Positions 11,336-24,328 of a DNA stretch of 64,000 bases are shown here, piece after piece. Each line of letters starts with the position of its first letter. Within the stretch, counting starts at the first letter, position 1. The translations under genes and the position numbers were made by a program. The notes under the pieces are model-generated. The model worked only from the letters and a program-made list of their open reading frames with translations. It was not told the DNA's origin and did not search any database. Source of the DNA: Moniliella sp. 'wahieum' (Eukaryota); the NCBI GenBank assembly GCA_003971905.1, contig RSEE01000010.1:186001-250000 (forward strand). Direction: 5' to 3'.

Positions 11336-13755
11336 TGAAGCTCTTGAAGGTTGAGCTTTTGAGCTGGTTGTTGACGTTGTTGAACTGAAAAGCTGGAAGG
11401 CGCCAAAGCTTTGAAGCTTGAAGCTTGGCTGGTGCCGCTGGTGGCCGACGTTGTTCGATCTAGAAGCTAGAAACGGAGAACTTTTGAGAAACAAGAACAG
11501 GGCAATAGTTTGTTACATTTTGACCAAATGAGAGCGCACCGCTTAATTCAATGTTTACCGTTACCGTTACCGGCTTTAAGTTTTAAGGCTTTGAGCTTAC
11601 CGGTTACCCGTCACGCGTCACACGTTATGCATCGTGTATTTGTCGCTTGTTAGATCTAGATGTTCTGCAATGTCGTGCACCATGGATGATCGATGGGCGA
11701 TGCATGATGATTAATCGGATGATTCAGGGTGCGTGCACGAGATGGGGGGACTGGAGTGAACGTGGACCAGATGAGAACGCTTTTTGATGTGTTTTGACAT
11801 TGACCTTGATACCACTCAAGGCCACAGGAAAGCCCAGCAATCGCCGGCTGACTGCTCACTATCGTCCAATAACAAGGAAGGCGATGCATCAGAGCATGAG
11901 AGAGCGACACCGTGCGTCGAGGCTTTTTTCTGCAAGTTTTGGTTGAGTTTTATATACCTAACCAAGGATGACAAGCATCATGAGGCGTATGATGAGAGAT
12001 TGATGAGAGAGGGGACTAGCTGCCAGTGTGGCGTATGGTACCTGGGGTGCACAGAATCGTAGCATTATATGGGGGGGCTGCTGTTAGTGGGGCGATGCAG
12101 CCTATATCATTTGAGTCAGCCCAAAAAGAGAGGTACCGAAAGGCGGGTGGAACACTGCTCACCCACACCAGTCGACACTAGCCCAGGCCCCAAGGCAGAA
12201 GCCCTTGTGCACCTACATTAGCAACAGAAGCATCAGAAGTATCAGAAGAGTCAGATCTCTAATTTCAGAAGATCTCTCGGAGACGCTCAGTACTCAGTGA
12301 GTCCGAAGCTCTGTACTCGGTATGAGTATACGTGGCCACCCGGTCAGTGTTGGGCAACACACTGCCACGCCATCTGCGCTGCATCGCACACACACACACG
12401 CGGGGTTAATAGAAAACGTATAGTGCGTTTTTCGTACGTTAAAACGTGCGTTCCTACGTTCGGTATAGTACACTCACTCACTGTGTTTCTGGTTTCTCGC
12501 TCCTAGGTTGCTAGTTACGCGTTACGCGTTACGCGTTGCGGAAGATGGGGAGTAGTGCGTTACGCGTTACGTGTTACATGTTGCTAGCTAAGCGCTAAGC
12601 GCTAACTCCTACATCTTCCCGCCTGCATCATGCATCATGCATCATGCATCATGCATCCTATTGGATCACCAATGATCGATGCTATCGATTTGATGCAAAC
12701 GTGCAAACCCAGTGCACTGCCCTCTGCGGGCGGCTTGCGACATGGTGGCAAGAGGACGTGAGGCCATGTAACGGAGTTACTAGCTCGTGACTAGTGACTA
12801 GTGACTAGTGCTTGTGACAGTGGCGCGTGACGTGTGATGCGTGACGGGGAGACAGACAGTGTAGGCTATCCGATGCATGATGTGTGCATGTGAGCATGAT
12901 GCATGATGGCGTTGTGTGCTGCGTGTTGCTGGTGTTGCTGCGTGTTGGCCGACTGTGTGCGGCGAGACCCTGTAGGGGCGTGGGGATCCCTGGGGACCGG
13001 GGCGCAGCGTGATTGATGATTGATGGCCGGTGCGGCCGGTGATGGGCCGATGATGGGACGGTGATGAAGCGGTGATGGTTTATCGATTATCGAAAGGATG
13101 CTTGGCCTAGGGCCTAGCGGGGCGATAGTCGATAGCCCCATCTGACCATCTAGTCATCTCGTCATCTCGTCATCTAGCCATCTAGCCATCTAGTCATCAG
13201 TCATCCAGTTACTAGTCATCTCGTCCCAGGCGCGATGCGGCGTGCTGCTGAAAGCCCTTGCGCTTCGAGCGCCGAAATCTCACCGGCTGCAACTGCGGCG
13301 ATGGGTGGGGAGTGGGGTTTTCAGGCCCTCCCCAGTCAGCGCACCAGCGCGGGGCGGGCGCGGGCCCTGAGCCAGAAGCCTGTTATAAAAATTGCCAACC
13401 ATCGTCCCTCGACAAGGGTGGTGTGCGAGCATCTGGGCCCAGGCCCCAGGCGCAGGTCTCGGATCCCGTCGCACCTCACCACTCTCTCAGGATGAGCACT
13501 TTGTAGCAACCGTGCGGCGCCAGGCTGCTTCCAGTTGCTGGTGGCCAGTGACCGGGACCGGTGACCGCACGGTACCGCCTAACCGCCTTACCGCGCGCCC
13601 AGGCCTTAAGCGCTAATCCTTAGGCTTACCGGTCTACCGCGCCCGGTTGCGTTACATGTTCCCGGGCATCGGTTACCGGATACGGGTTACGTGGTACGGC
13701 AACGACGAGTCGAGTGATCATCGATCAGCCGATCAGCCGATCATCGATCACCACA
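11336..13755. repeat. Large intergenic field of 7-bp-period palindromic micro-repeats
   Basis: TGAAGCTTGAAGCTT 11412; (GTTACGC)3 12514; (GCTAAGC)2+ 12587; (TGCATCA)4+ 12624-12657; (GTGACTA)3 12787; GATCATCGATCA near 13716 and 13739. Confidence 0.85.
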
Positions 13756-14207
13756 GTATTAGTCGCTGTCTCGCTGGTTATACCACAGCCCCCCCATTCC
13801 CCCCCTTCGAAACTAACCCCACCCTACCGCAATACAAGTGCTCACAGCGTGTCCATCTCAGTCTCAGGCGACCGCTGCGAAGAGCACAAGCCTCTCACCC
13901 ACCATTTCTCTGGCACTACCATCTTTTCCCGCCCCGCCTGCCCTCTCCCCACGGTCATCTTCTTGGTTTCTCCCCACCTTCTTGCTTCCCGCTAATCTCT
14001 CTCACCATTCAGCTGCGTCTCTCAGGCCTCAAACTCACATACGCCCACACTTTCCCACCCGCTTCGCATCTGCCTAGGCAATCGCCGCTCTTCCGCTCGC
14101 CGGTCCGCTATCAGCCACGCCCCTTTTCTATAGCCTTTTTCATCCCTCCCTAAACCCGTCTCACCGCCCTCCCTTTACTGCTTCATCTCTTCTGAGCTAC
14201 CGTTTTC

Positions 14208-15725
14208 ATGGACATGGCCTACGCCCGCCCATCCCCTTCCGTCCGCCTCTCTGTACCTCCAGGCGGCTCTACCGCTTGGTCCGACCGCAGTGTTGCCAGC
14301 ACCGCCAGTACCGGCACCCGGGCCTCCCGCAGCTCCACTGTCGAATCCACCGCAACCCTGGATGAAGAGGAGTGCCCCCTCTCTCCCCCGCCCTGCTTTA
14401 GCCCAACCTCGGCAGTTGACTCCTACTCCTCCACCCCCAAGGCAGCCGCGACCTTGACCCCGGTCCCGGCCCCGCCCCCGGCCCTGATCCCGACCCCGAC
14501 CACGACCTTCTCCAACCGCAAGAACAACGTACCACCCCCTTGATGCGTAGTGCCCGCACTACGTCCCTCGATCCTCACAGTCTCACTATCTTCCCCATTC
14601 CCGAGGCGGATCGGAGTGAACCACTAAGCGTGCCCAACCGAGCAACCATCCTGCGGTCAAGCCAATCGGTTTCTTCCCCTGGGTCTCGGATCGCGTCGTC
14701 GAAGGCCTGCTCCGTTGCTAAAGGTTCCCACTGAGGGACCGCATGTCAGTGGGTCGACCAGTGTCGCTGAACCCACACGTTCCCACCTCACCGTATCCAA
14801 GGAGCTGTCCCGCCAAGAAGTGCTGGACAGCATTGACTGGCTTCGAGGTGAAGTGCATATCCTCGGGACCGAATCGGACCTACCGGACGAAGACCTGGGT
14901 GTCTCCTTGGATCGGCTGGAAGAGGGCATGCGTGCCCAGTACCGCGGTCGTTCTTCTGCTGGGCCGGGGTTGCGCTCGAGTCTGAGCCAAGGCAGTCTCC
15001 GTCCTTCGCGCAAGGATGAACCGCTTCCCTTTGCGTCCCGTGGTCGCGGCCGCGTGACCGATTCTTTCTCGCAACGGGGCAAGGCGGCAAAAGAGTTGCT
15101 GCACTCGGACCTGCTGGCTCAGTGGCTCGAGGCCTCGGCAGATGGTGGTTGCCCGCCCCTTCTCAGGGACTGAGGACCACGCCCACCGCCGATTCTGGCA
15201 ACTTGTCCCCTTCCCATCCCGACTCCCCTACCGTGCCCGACCACATCTCCCCCTCGCCTCCCTCATCCCTCCGGCCGCAACACGAATCTCTGCCTCTGTC
15301 TCCACCTCCCCCAGCGTGCTGGAACCTTCGCAACCGACTCGGTCCCTCGACTCTGAGAGGACGTCGAACGTGATGTCGAGAACGGTGCGGAAAATGCTGC
15401 TGCATCGGAAAGGAGTGTGCCTCCTGGTTCGGCACCAGCGTCTGTGCAGGCCCCCGTTCTGCCGGGCCCGACATACGACCAAGCCCCCCCAACGCCCAGT
15501 CGCAAGCTGCATCACCGAGCCAGCGAATCGATCCTTCGTCGCAGCAAGGAGGCCACTCCGTTGCGCCAATTGTCCCCCGGCAACTTTTCTACCTGGCAAG
15601 GGCAGGGGCCCGGGCCAACCGCATCCCCCGACGTGCCTACCGTATTGGGCGGTTCGGCTGGCCTGCTCCCCCCTCGTCACGCTTCCTCCTCCTCCCTTCG
15701 CACCGTGTTTCGCCGTGGCCGTTAA
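14208..15725 (+). CDS. Ser/Pro-rich hypothetical protein, split by several apparent frameshifts
   Basis: Chain of abutting + strand ORFs (14208-14543, 14540-14734, 14715-15173, 15122-15373, 15417-15725) of similar low-complexity composition, after a pyrimidine-rich leader. No recognisable domain. Confidence 0.55.
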
Positions 15726-16451
15726 ATCTCATGCCATCTCCTTCGCCTTTCCCTTCTGTCCCTGTCCCTTTTCCCACCCCTACACTGCCCTTGGTTCTTT
15801 TTGCGCTGCTACTATCCATCATACCCATTTCCCATTTCCCATCTCCCAGAGGCTCGACCATCAGAGACATAAGAGATGTAGGTGACAGAGCCGAGTCTGG
15901 TTCTGGTTTTCTTAGCAAATGGGTATGGCCAAGACATGAGAGCGGTCAGGCCGGTCACCTCTACAAGCTCGTTTTTGTTGGTCTGTCTCTCCGACCGCTT
16001 GCTCCGTCGTTCGCACAAGTTGGGGTTGTGATTTCGTTCCTATCGACTGTTGTGTACATCCTCCGCTCTGGCTGAATGGTGGCGTTTGAGGCCCTGCTTC
16101 CTCGCTGACGTGCATGGCCCCATCAAGCTTCCCCTGTCCGTTCCTTTAGCCCAGCTGTGACGACGCTACTTTCTCTCATCTTGGTTTCATCACACAGCGT
16201 TGATCTCTTAGCATGATGGATCGTATTCCCGAATATTCCGGCATGAATTGCCACTTGCACCCAAAGATGGGTGAGACGGACTGGAAATCCCGATTTGCAG
16301 AGGGAAATCTCTAGTATGTCTTAAGATTCGTCCAAACGTATGTGCCGTGTTGATGGCTATGTTGCCAGAGACACACAGCAGGTATGATAGCGATCCCATC
16401 GCTTTTTGTTTGGGTGGGCAAGATTCCCTAGGGTCACCGGCACCGCGTGAC

Positions 16452-16841
16452 TTAGTAAAAGTAACCGAGGATCTTGCCGCCTGCATGCTTGCGACGCGCC
16501 TCTTCGTGGCCCATAATACCCGCCGAGGTGGTGAGAACAATAAAGCCGAACGACCGTGCCGGCAGCAAGTTCTCAACCCAGTTCTCCACCTGGCCCAGTT
16601 GGACGTTGAAGCGGGGCGAGATGACACCGCACTTGTTGACGCGGCCGTTGAGCTGAATCACGATCTTGCCGCTCCGGTGGTCATCCACTTCCTCAAATTC
16701 GCCAATGTACCCGTGCTTCTGCATAACCTGCAAGAACTTGATGATAACCTTGGACGAGGGCCGGATCAGCACCTGGCGCTTCCCGCGGCGCTCGGCATTG
16801 ACGATGGCATTGAGGCAGTCGTTCAGAACGGAGACACGCAT
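16452..16841 (-). CDS. RPS22: 40S ribosomal protein uS8 (S22/S15a)
   Basis: [50 protein letters not shown]...[14 protein letters not shown]. An 85-nt 5'-UTR intron (16926-16842; GTACGT...CTAAC...CAG) ends directly at the ATG. Confidence 0.97.
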   Translation of the reverse strand: MRVSVLNDCLNAIVNAERRGKRQVLIRPSSKVIIKFLQVMQKHGYIGEFEEVDDHRSGKIVIQLNGRVNKCGVISPRFNVQLGQVENWVENLLPARSFGFIVLTTSAGIMGHEEARRKHAGGKILGYFY

Positions 16842-17216
16842 CTGCCCAAGAAGAGAGTTAGACGCGAGGGAAAAGGGCGGGAGGGGCGGCGGGGCGGCGG
16901 CAGGCACCTGGGAGAAAGGGACGTACGTTGGGGACGAGCTGGACGGCGTTTGGATCGGACTTGAAGCTTGAACCAGCAATTCCACCGCCCACTTCCTTCG
17001 CGGCCTTCCTGACAGAAAGGGGTGTCGAGTGAAACCGTCAAATTTCCAGAGGTAGGGTTACAACAATGCTGCGGCAAGTATTCGGCCTAGCACCATGTCT
17101 CTCTAGTGCCAGGCGCAATGACGGGTGTGGTGAACATTTCATCGTGCGCCGCTGGCAAGCAGGCTTGGCCTTCGCAGGCGCGCTGGGCGAGCGGTCAACT
17201 CCACCACCAAAGCAAA

Positions 17217-17707
17217 ATGGGTCGTGTTCGCACCAAGACGACGAAGCGCGCAGCACGGGTGCTCATTGAGAAGTACTACCCCAAGCTCAATGCGAACGAC
17301 TTCCACACCAACAAGCGTGTGTTGGACGAGGTGGCGATTGTGCCCTCGAAGCGTCTGCGCAACAAGATTGCCGGTTTCACCACCCACCTGATGAAGCGCA
17401 TTGCCAAGGGCCCCGTCCGTGGCATCTCGTTCAAGCTTCAGGAGGAGGAGCGTGAGCGCAAGGTATGTATTTGCTCGTCCTCATTGTGGATGTGGATTGG
17501 TACTAACGCTTGGCACAGGACCAATACGTCCCTGAGGTCTCGGCTCTCGACACGGAGGCCAATGGTGGTCTCGAGGTCGACCCGGACACCAAGGCCATGC
17601 TCGGCGAGATTGGCTTTGCCTCGCTCCCGGTTACCGTTGGTGCGCCCATCACCTCGGCTCAGCCCGAGCGCCGTGGTCGCAACGTTCCTGGTGCTGGCCG
17701 TCGCTAA
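17217..17707 (+). CDS. RPS17: 40S ribosomal protein eS17; exons 17217-17462 and 17519-17707
   Basis: [24 protein letters not shown]...[48 protein letters not shown]; intron GTATGT...CTAAC...CAG. Confidence 0.97.
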
Positions 17708-17909
17708 GTCCCTTTAATGGGCGGCGGCTGTGGCACATGACCCCTGCAAAACAGGCCCTAACCTCTAGTGTTGGGGCTTGACTCGAATCCTATGTATGGG
17801 ATCATCGATCACTATGCTATGTTTGTAGGTTTGGGGTGGAAGGTGATGTTTTGAGGAAAAAAAAGTACGGGTAGATGCAGAAGAGCAAGTAAGAAGTGAT
17901 GGAGAGGAA

Positions 17910-19058
17910 TTAGGCGTTGAAGAGTTGGATATTGGAAGCTTCCTCAGCAATGGTCAGGTCGATCGAATCGCCAAAGTAAGAAGGATCAGCTTCGCTGAGA
18001 GCCTGGATGCCTTGCATTTGCCCATCCCGGTCGCCCAGGACATGGCACAAATACGCTGCAGGTGCAATAAAAGCCCGGTCGCTGTAATCTTCCAAAGGCT
18101 TGGCGTCCCTCGCCCGCAGACCGGCCGGCACATCGGGCCACTGACGTAGGCCACGATAGGACGGTGCATGGTTTGCAAGAGAGGGAGGATACGCTGGTCA
18201 CCACTTACGGTGTAATAGCTGGAGAGACGCCAGGCAGTGCGGCATGCGTTCCACCCACAATCACCGTCTCGGTCAGACTCGAGCAGCTTTCCCCGTGGCG
18301 CAGACCAGCGGCCATTGTAGTTGGTGAGAAAGTCAGGCAACAGGACGTAACCCTCGGGCAAAAGACTGAGTGCCGCCTGGAGCGTTGACTCGAGCACCCA
18401 CTGCCACCGCGCCCGCTCGTTAGGGTCCTGTACCACCCGGTGAAACAGGAGGAAAGCAGAGAGAATAAAGTCGCTGCTCCGAGTGGAGTTGTAAAGCTTG
18501 ACGTTATCACTGTCGTCTTGGTTGGCCCAGTCGCCCAGCAAAGGGGTGCCGAGGGACGGATGGATGTTGTACCGGAGAATAGCACTGGCAAGCAAGTTGC
18601 CCTCAGTCCAGTAGGCCTGATTCGGGAACATGGGCGAGTCAGAGAAACGCTTGCCGGCAAGGAAGAGAGCGGTTGCGATATCAATATCTGGAAGACAAGG
18701 TTAGTGGACAACTGGGTTGGCAACTGCGGCCGAAACCGAAACGTCCGAGGGAATGGGCTCACCTCCATCGGTCGCATTGTCCGTCGCATCCTCCTCGACG
18801 TAGATCTCACCCGAGCCGCGCTGGCGCACCTGCCACTTCATAAGCCCATGCTCGTTCTTGAATTGGAGAAAGAAGCGCAAGAGCTGGTCAAAATCTTGCT
18901 GGTTGTGTGGTACACACGCTGATCAGCATCGCGTAGCCGTGCGCTTCCGAGCAAGTAATTGCATCCCATTTTCGCGCGCTGCCATTGTAAAAGCAGTAGT
19001 TGCCGAACGGCGAGGCACGCAGGTAGCGCTGACGCCAATCTACATAGCGTGCTTCCAT
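17910..19058 (-). CDS. Glycoside hydrolase family 8 (chitosanase/endoglucanase-like), no signal peptide, one intron (18762-18688), frameshifted in this assembly
   Basis: gccaccATGG start. GH8 motifs TCSEAHGYAML (catalytic Glu), GLMKWQ, NATDGDIDIA (split by the intron), TRSSDF, WNACRTAWRL and C-terminal YFGDSIDL. Confidence 0.85.
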
Positions 19059-19422
19059 GGTGGCGAAGGGTGGTGGGCCTGAGGATGGCCAGGCGCAAGC
19101 GGATCGGCGGGGGGGTTGGGTGGCCCGCCCGCCGTTGCTCAGCTGCGCCGCTCAGCTGAGCGCGCACAGCCAGCGTCCATACCCACCGGTGCCTGCCACG
19201 TGGCGCCAACCACCGTGCACGGCCTCATAGCCGGCGTCGCATCGGCGTTTCCACATCCATTTTGCTTTGCATTTCTTTTTCGGTCGCTTATTTTTTTTTG
19301 TTCGAGTCAGCTGCATCGCTTCGCCACCGCCACCGCCCGTCTGCTGCCGCTTGCCAGCCAGCTTCGCTGTCCTCTTGTCGGCCCTGTGTCCGTCTTGCCC
19401 GCCTCGACACTGCTAGCCCATC

Positions 19423-22400
19423 ATGGCCGACGACTCGGTTCCCCATCTCCTGGCCTCACTCACCCGGTTTTCGAATGAGGCCAAGCCCATTGTGCGTGCC
19501 TCAACGTACGCCGCCTACCCTGATGGCACCGGCGGCCGCGCCGACGTGGACGCTGCCGGTCTGAAGCTGCCAGACGAGCTTCGTGCTGCTGCCCTCGTTG
19601 ACGTTGCGCGAAAAGGGGGGCATGTCCTTGAATCGTGGAAGGTGTTAGAGCACGCGTACCGCTCGCATGCCGACTCGGTATACAAGGCTGTCGGCCCTCG
19701 TGCCGACATCCCCACCCTGGCTCGGGGCTTTTTACCGAGGAAGGTCCGCAGGAGGCACGGATTGTGGCGAGGGGCTACGACAAGTTCTTCAACGTCAATG
19801 AAATGCCGTGGACACGGGTACGATTTTTTCCTTCGCTCTTCCCCAAGTGGCATTGACTGACATGCAACCACCACAGACGAAGCCTGCAGCGCTATACCGC
19901 CCCCCCTTATTACCTCACCTTCAAGGAGAACGGCTGCATCATCTTTGTTGCAGCTCTCACCCCACCGAACTGGTCGTCACGTCTAAGCACGGGCTGGGCA
20001 CTCAACTCCAGTCTCGCCTCTGCCTCCACCCCCGGCCCAACGGATGAAGAGGAAGCCTCACCCGACTTTTCAAGGCGGACTTGCGGTGTCCCATGCCCAG
20101 AAGGGTTCCGAGTGGCTTGACCGCCACCTCGCGCTGGCTAAGCGGACACGCGCTGACCTCGCACAAGAGTTGTGGGCAAGGAAGGAGACGGCCATCTCGA
20201 GTTGTGTGATGATGCGTTTGAGGAACACGTGCTTGCCTACGACCGGGAACATGCTGGCCTCTACCTCCACGGCCTCAATACCAATACTGTCCAATTCGCT
20301 ACGTCCGCCAGCGGAAGTGGATGCGTTTGCACGCCAGTGGGGGTTTCACCCCACGCGCTTCCTCACCCTCCCTTCGTTCCCTGCAATGCAGGAAGTTGTC
20401 GCCCGTGTAGCCAAAGACGGTATGTGGGAGGGTCAACCGATTGAAGGGTTTGTGGTTCGGACAACCATCCCCTTTACGGCCCCTAGCATTGAAGAAGCTC
20501 TTGCCGCCGCCCCCGAAGCGGTGGTACGCCCGCCCTATGAGCGGGGCCAAACATGGTTCTACAAGGTTAAGTTTGATGAGCCGTACCTCATGTACCGTGA
20601 CTGGCGCGAACTGGCCCGTCGGATGCTTGCGGACCAACAGTCCTGGGCCCAAGAATACGGAGATGATGCTCTCCGTTTTGTCCAAACAGGAGGGAGGCAC
20701 TCGCTACGATCCCATCCTGTCACTGCCCAGGGCCTCGAGCATGCTCATGTCGAGGTTGAGCCCCCCAAACCCCCTTCGGCGGGAGTAGCTGGGGAAACTG
20801 GAGGCCTGTCTCGGAAGGCCGCTAAGCGACAGGCTCGTGCTCGATGGAACGCGGCCCAGCGTCTGCATCAGCACACTGAGACCGGTGGAACCTCTCCCAA
20901 CGAAGCCAAGCCTAAAACACGCAGGCCGGAAACACTCCTCTTCCTGGATTGGTGCTTTGACCAGCTCTGGGGTTCTGCGGATGGCCGCCTTCCCCATCCC
21001 GAATTGTTCACCCAGTTCAACCAGGGAAAGGGCATCATTCATCTCCGTGACGAGTTCTTGGCTTATTGCGATTCCCCCGAAGGCAAAAGCCGCTTGCAGC
21101 CCCTCCTTCCTGCGCCCGAATTGGCGCAGGAAGAGTCTTATTCCAAGGTAGCCGCCCAGGCTGTGGAGCCCGCCGGACCTTTTACGCATACACTTATTGT
21201 CCCCATCTCTGTCCCGGGATCGGGAAAGACGACGCTGGCACGTGCATTGGGTGAGCTGTACCCTTTGGGCCATCCCCAGTCGGACTTACTTCGGGGAAAG
21301 AAGTCCAAGGCGGCCCAGTTCTTAGCCTTGGTCCTGGAAGAACTTAAAACGCATAAAATTGTCTTTGCTGATCGCAACAACCACCTTTTCAAGCACCGCT
21401 CTGAGCTTATCGATCTGGTCCACCAATTCGAACAGCATGGTTGGGCTTTGGACTTCGCCTCAACCCAACCACAGAAGAAAGGTAAAAAGTGCAACCTGCA
21501 CCTACTCCAGCGGTGGAGGGACCTAAGCCGCGTGTCCGCCTTGTTGCCCTTCATTGGACCTTTGGCACCCTGCGCCACTGGGAGATCAAGCAGTTGATTT
21601 CCTCTCGCGTATTTGGCTCGGGGACAGAACCACCCGACGCTCAAGCCGACGTGACCTCTCCCAAAGGCCAAGTGGAGCACGAGAGGATTATCTCCATGTT
21701 CCTAAATCAACGTGAGGAATTCAAGCCCCGTGTTCAGCCACTCGTACCTGGCTTGGGGGTGGGAGAGACCGACCCCTCGGTTCAACGAGACCCCGATTGG
21801 GCTGATGCCATTTTCCACGATGTGATCCCCCTGAACATCAATTCGCCGCTGGAAGAGAATTTGGACACGCTTCTCCAATTGCTGCATTCGATTGATCCTT
21901 CCTTCTCTCTCCCTCTGAAGGAGAACGGATCGCGGCGCTGCTCTCATGCTCATCAAGCTGCTTTGGCAGATAAGGATGCGCTGGCCTCCGAAGCTACACC
22001 GCCGCCCGCCCAACAAAAGAAGAAGAGCATGCGCCCCCGGTACTTCGGGATCAACTTCCATGACATGGACTTGCCAACCTTTGTTCCTCCCCTGCTCCCT
22101 GCCGATGGCAAGAAGTTCTTCGCCGACATCCAATCGCAAGGTAAGATGGTGAGTGAACACCATGTGACTCTGGTGCACCGCATTCATGTGCAGAAGGACG
22201 AGGAAGCGATTCGGTACGCTGAGAAGAAAGGACTTCCCCCCCCCGACGCGAAGGGGAGCAAAGCGTGGGCTCAGTTCCTCTCTACACTCGAGTCTTCGCT
22301 ACCCCGGAGAACCAGTTTCCCGCGCTAGAAGGATTTGAGGTGGACGTCACAGGGATTTTGTGGTCGAAGCGTGTGATGACTTTCATCGTAGGGGACATCC

Positions 22401-22605
22401 GTCACGCCACCTACCCTTGGCGCGCCAACCTTCCCTCGGACTGGGTGCCACACGTCACCATTGGCACGGCGAACGAGAAGATTGCTCCGGTGAGGCGCGC
22501 GCTTTGGCGGCTGCTTACCCTGACCACTTGCCCGCTGGCACGAAGATGGCCAAGTTCGCACATCCTATTACGCTACAGGGCCAATTGGAGGGCATGATTG
22601 CGTAG
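19423..22605 (+). CDS. TRL1: Fungal trifunctional tRNA ligase (ligase, kinase, cyclic phosphodiesterase); intron 19818-19876; frameshifted in this assembly
   Basis: [21 protein letters not shown], motif [35 protein letters not shown]-loop [10 protein letters not shown] and ADRNNH; two 2H motifs HHVTL and PHVTIGT. Confidence 0.93.
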
Positions 22606-24328
22606 CCAAGAACGAAACGAACTGTGAACACCAACTAGGGGCCACGGCTGTTTAAGAATTATAATCCGTCGCACACTTCTCCTTCAGCTTCAGCAGCTGC
22701 GAGTGTTGTAAAAGAGTATAAAACGCCCTAGTCAGGAGCGTTCCATCAACAGGCGCGACGGCCCCAGTTTTAGATGGGGCCGTGGGCATCATGTCCTTTT
22801 GTGGTTGGCGTGGAGCAGGATAGGTGCAGCTGGTGGAGCCCGTAACCCCTGATATTCCATTGTAACCCCTTTGCCGCGGGAACTCAAGGTTATGCAAGGC
22901 TGGTATGCCCGGTTCAGATCGTACTTAGTGTGAAACTCCTCTGATCGTAAACGCACATGCGAATAGTGTTATGGGCAGGCCCCGGCGGCGGACTGGAGCC
23001 CGACCCATAACTTGGGAGCGCTTTCCTTTGGAGGAGGACAGGCCATTCACAGTTAAATTGATCGAGCCTGAACACTGCTAGCAGATCCGAACGGCGCTAA
23101 AGACGAGCTCTTAGTGGCACTGGCATATGATACCTCTCAATCGGGACGTAGGTTCGCATATGGCAAAAGGCTGCCAATATTAAGTACCGGAACAAGCAGG
23201 ACCAGCGTGCCTGTAGTCTGTTGTCCTGAAGGGTTGGCCAGAGGTTGACGCACAAAGATAGGGTAGGACAGGTCCTGTCTGACGGAACAACTCAACTATA
23301 GGCTTGTAGGATCCCGCAAGATCACAAAGGTAGGAGACTGAGAGCTGGAGATCGACGGCAATGGATGCCCGGTCAAAAGGATACTGAAAGTCAAAAGGTG
23401 GTCCCTGGAAGCAGGTCTGAGGGACTTTTGGCGAACGAAAAGGAACAGGGGAGTTGCCTGATGATCGATGATCATCAACTAACGATGGATTAACAAAGGA
23501 TATTGTACAAGGACAAAAGACGAAGAAAGGAAAAGACGAAATGTCATAGTTTGGCTGATCTCCTCGCTCCATGTCTAATTTCTTCGTCCCGAGCGTCTCT
23601 CGCACCTTCTCTGCTCTTCCGCTTTGCACCATGTCCTCTGCTCTTACTTTTTCCCCACGGACGATTGCTACATCCCTTGGCCTAATCCCGACTCTACTGG
23701 TCTCCCTCATTGCCTTATCCCCGATTGTGACACACGAAATGTAGTGAACGAAGGCGACGAAGTAGAAAAGGAAAAAACGAAATGACCCGCTACGGGGAAA
23801 TGCACATGGGCCAAGACGATCACAAGGGTCATATATCATGTATCATACAGGCAGGATCTATTAGGGATAGACAACGCACGAAGAAAAGGGAAACGAATCG
23901 AGATCAGTGCCACCCCGAAAGTAACACAGACCAAGTATAGAAAAAGGTTCCCCCACTCAGCCAGGAACGAGAGCCTCAATAAAATCAGAAATGTCCAATG
24001 TAAAGGGCAGGCTCTCCGCCCTGAGCTAGAAACGTAGAATGAATGAGGGGAGAATCTCACAACGAAAACGAAACGCTCAGATCAGGAAACTGGTGTCTTA
24101 CTTAGAGCTCATTTGCGCTCAAAACCAAAGACGAAAAATAATATTGAAGTAGGATAAAACCAGGGACTCAAAACGCTCACGATGCACGGATCACCTCAAT
24201 CATCTCAGCCGCACAAAAGGGACTTTTGATCATTGATTCTAGTTAATAGATTGATGGAAACATAAATGCTCCATTTGGATATAATGGAGTGCATGGGTTT
24301 TTTAACGTGGGTTCAGACAAACCATCTT

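Noticed and set aside
12500..13225. CRISPR-like or telomeric array
   Set aside because: No constant repeat with unique spacers, eukaryotic context, and no TTAGGG arrays.
16842..16926. Intronic snoRNA in the RPS22 5'-UTR intron, as in yeast RPS22B
   Set aside because: The intron is only 85 nt and shows no C/D or H/ACA boxes.
22650..24320. 219-aa minus ORF at 23180-23839 and neighbours
   Set aside because: Composition is not protein-like and no motifs are recognisable; probably intergenic or decayed sequence.
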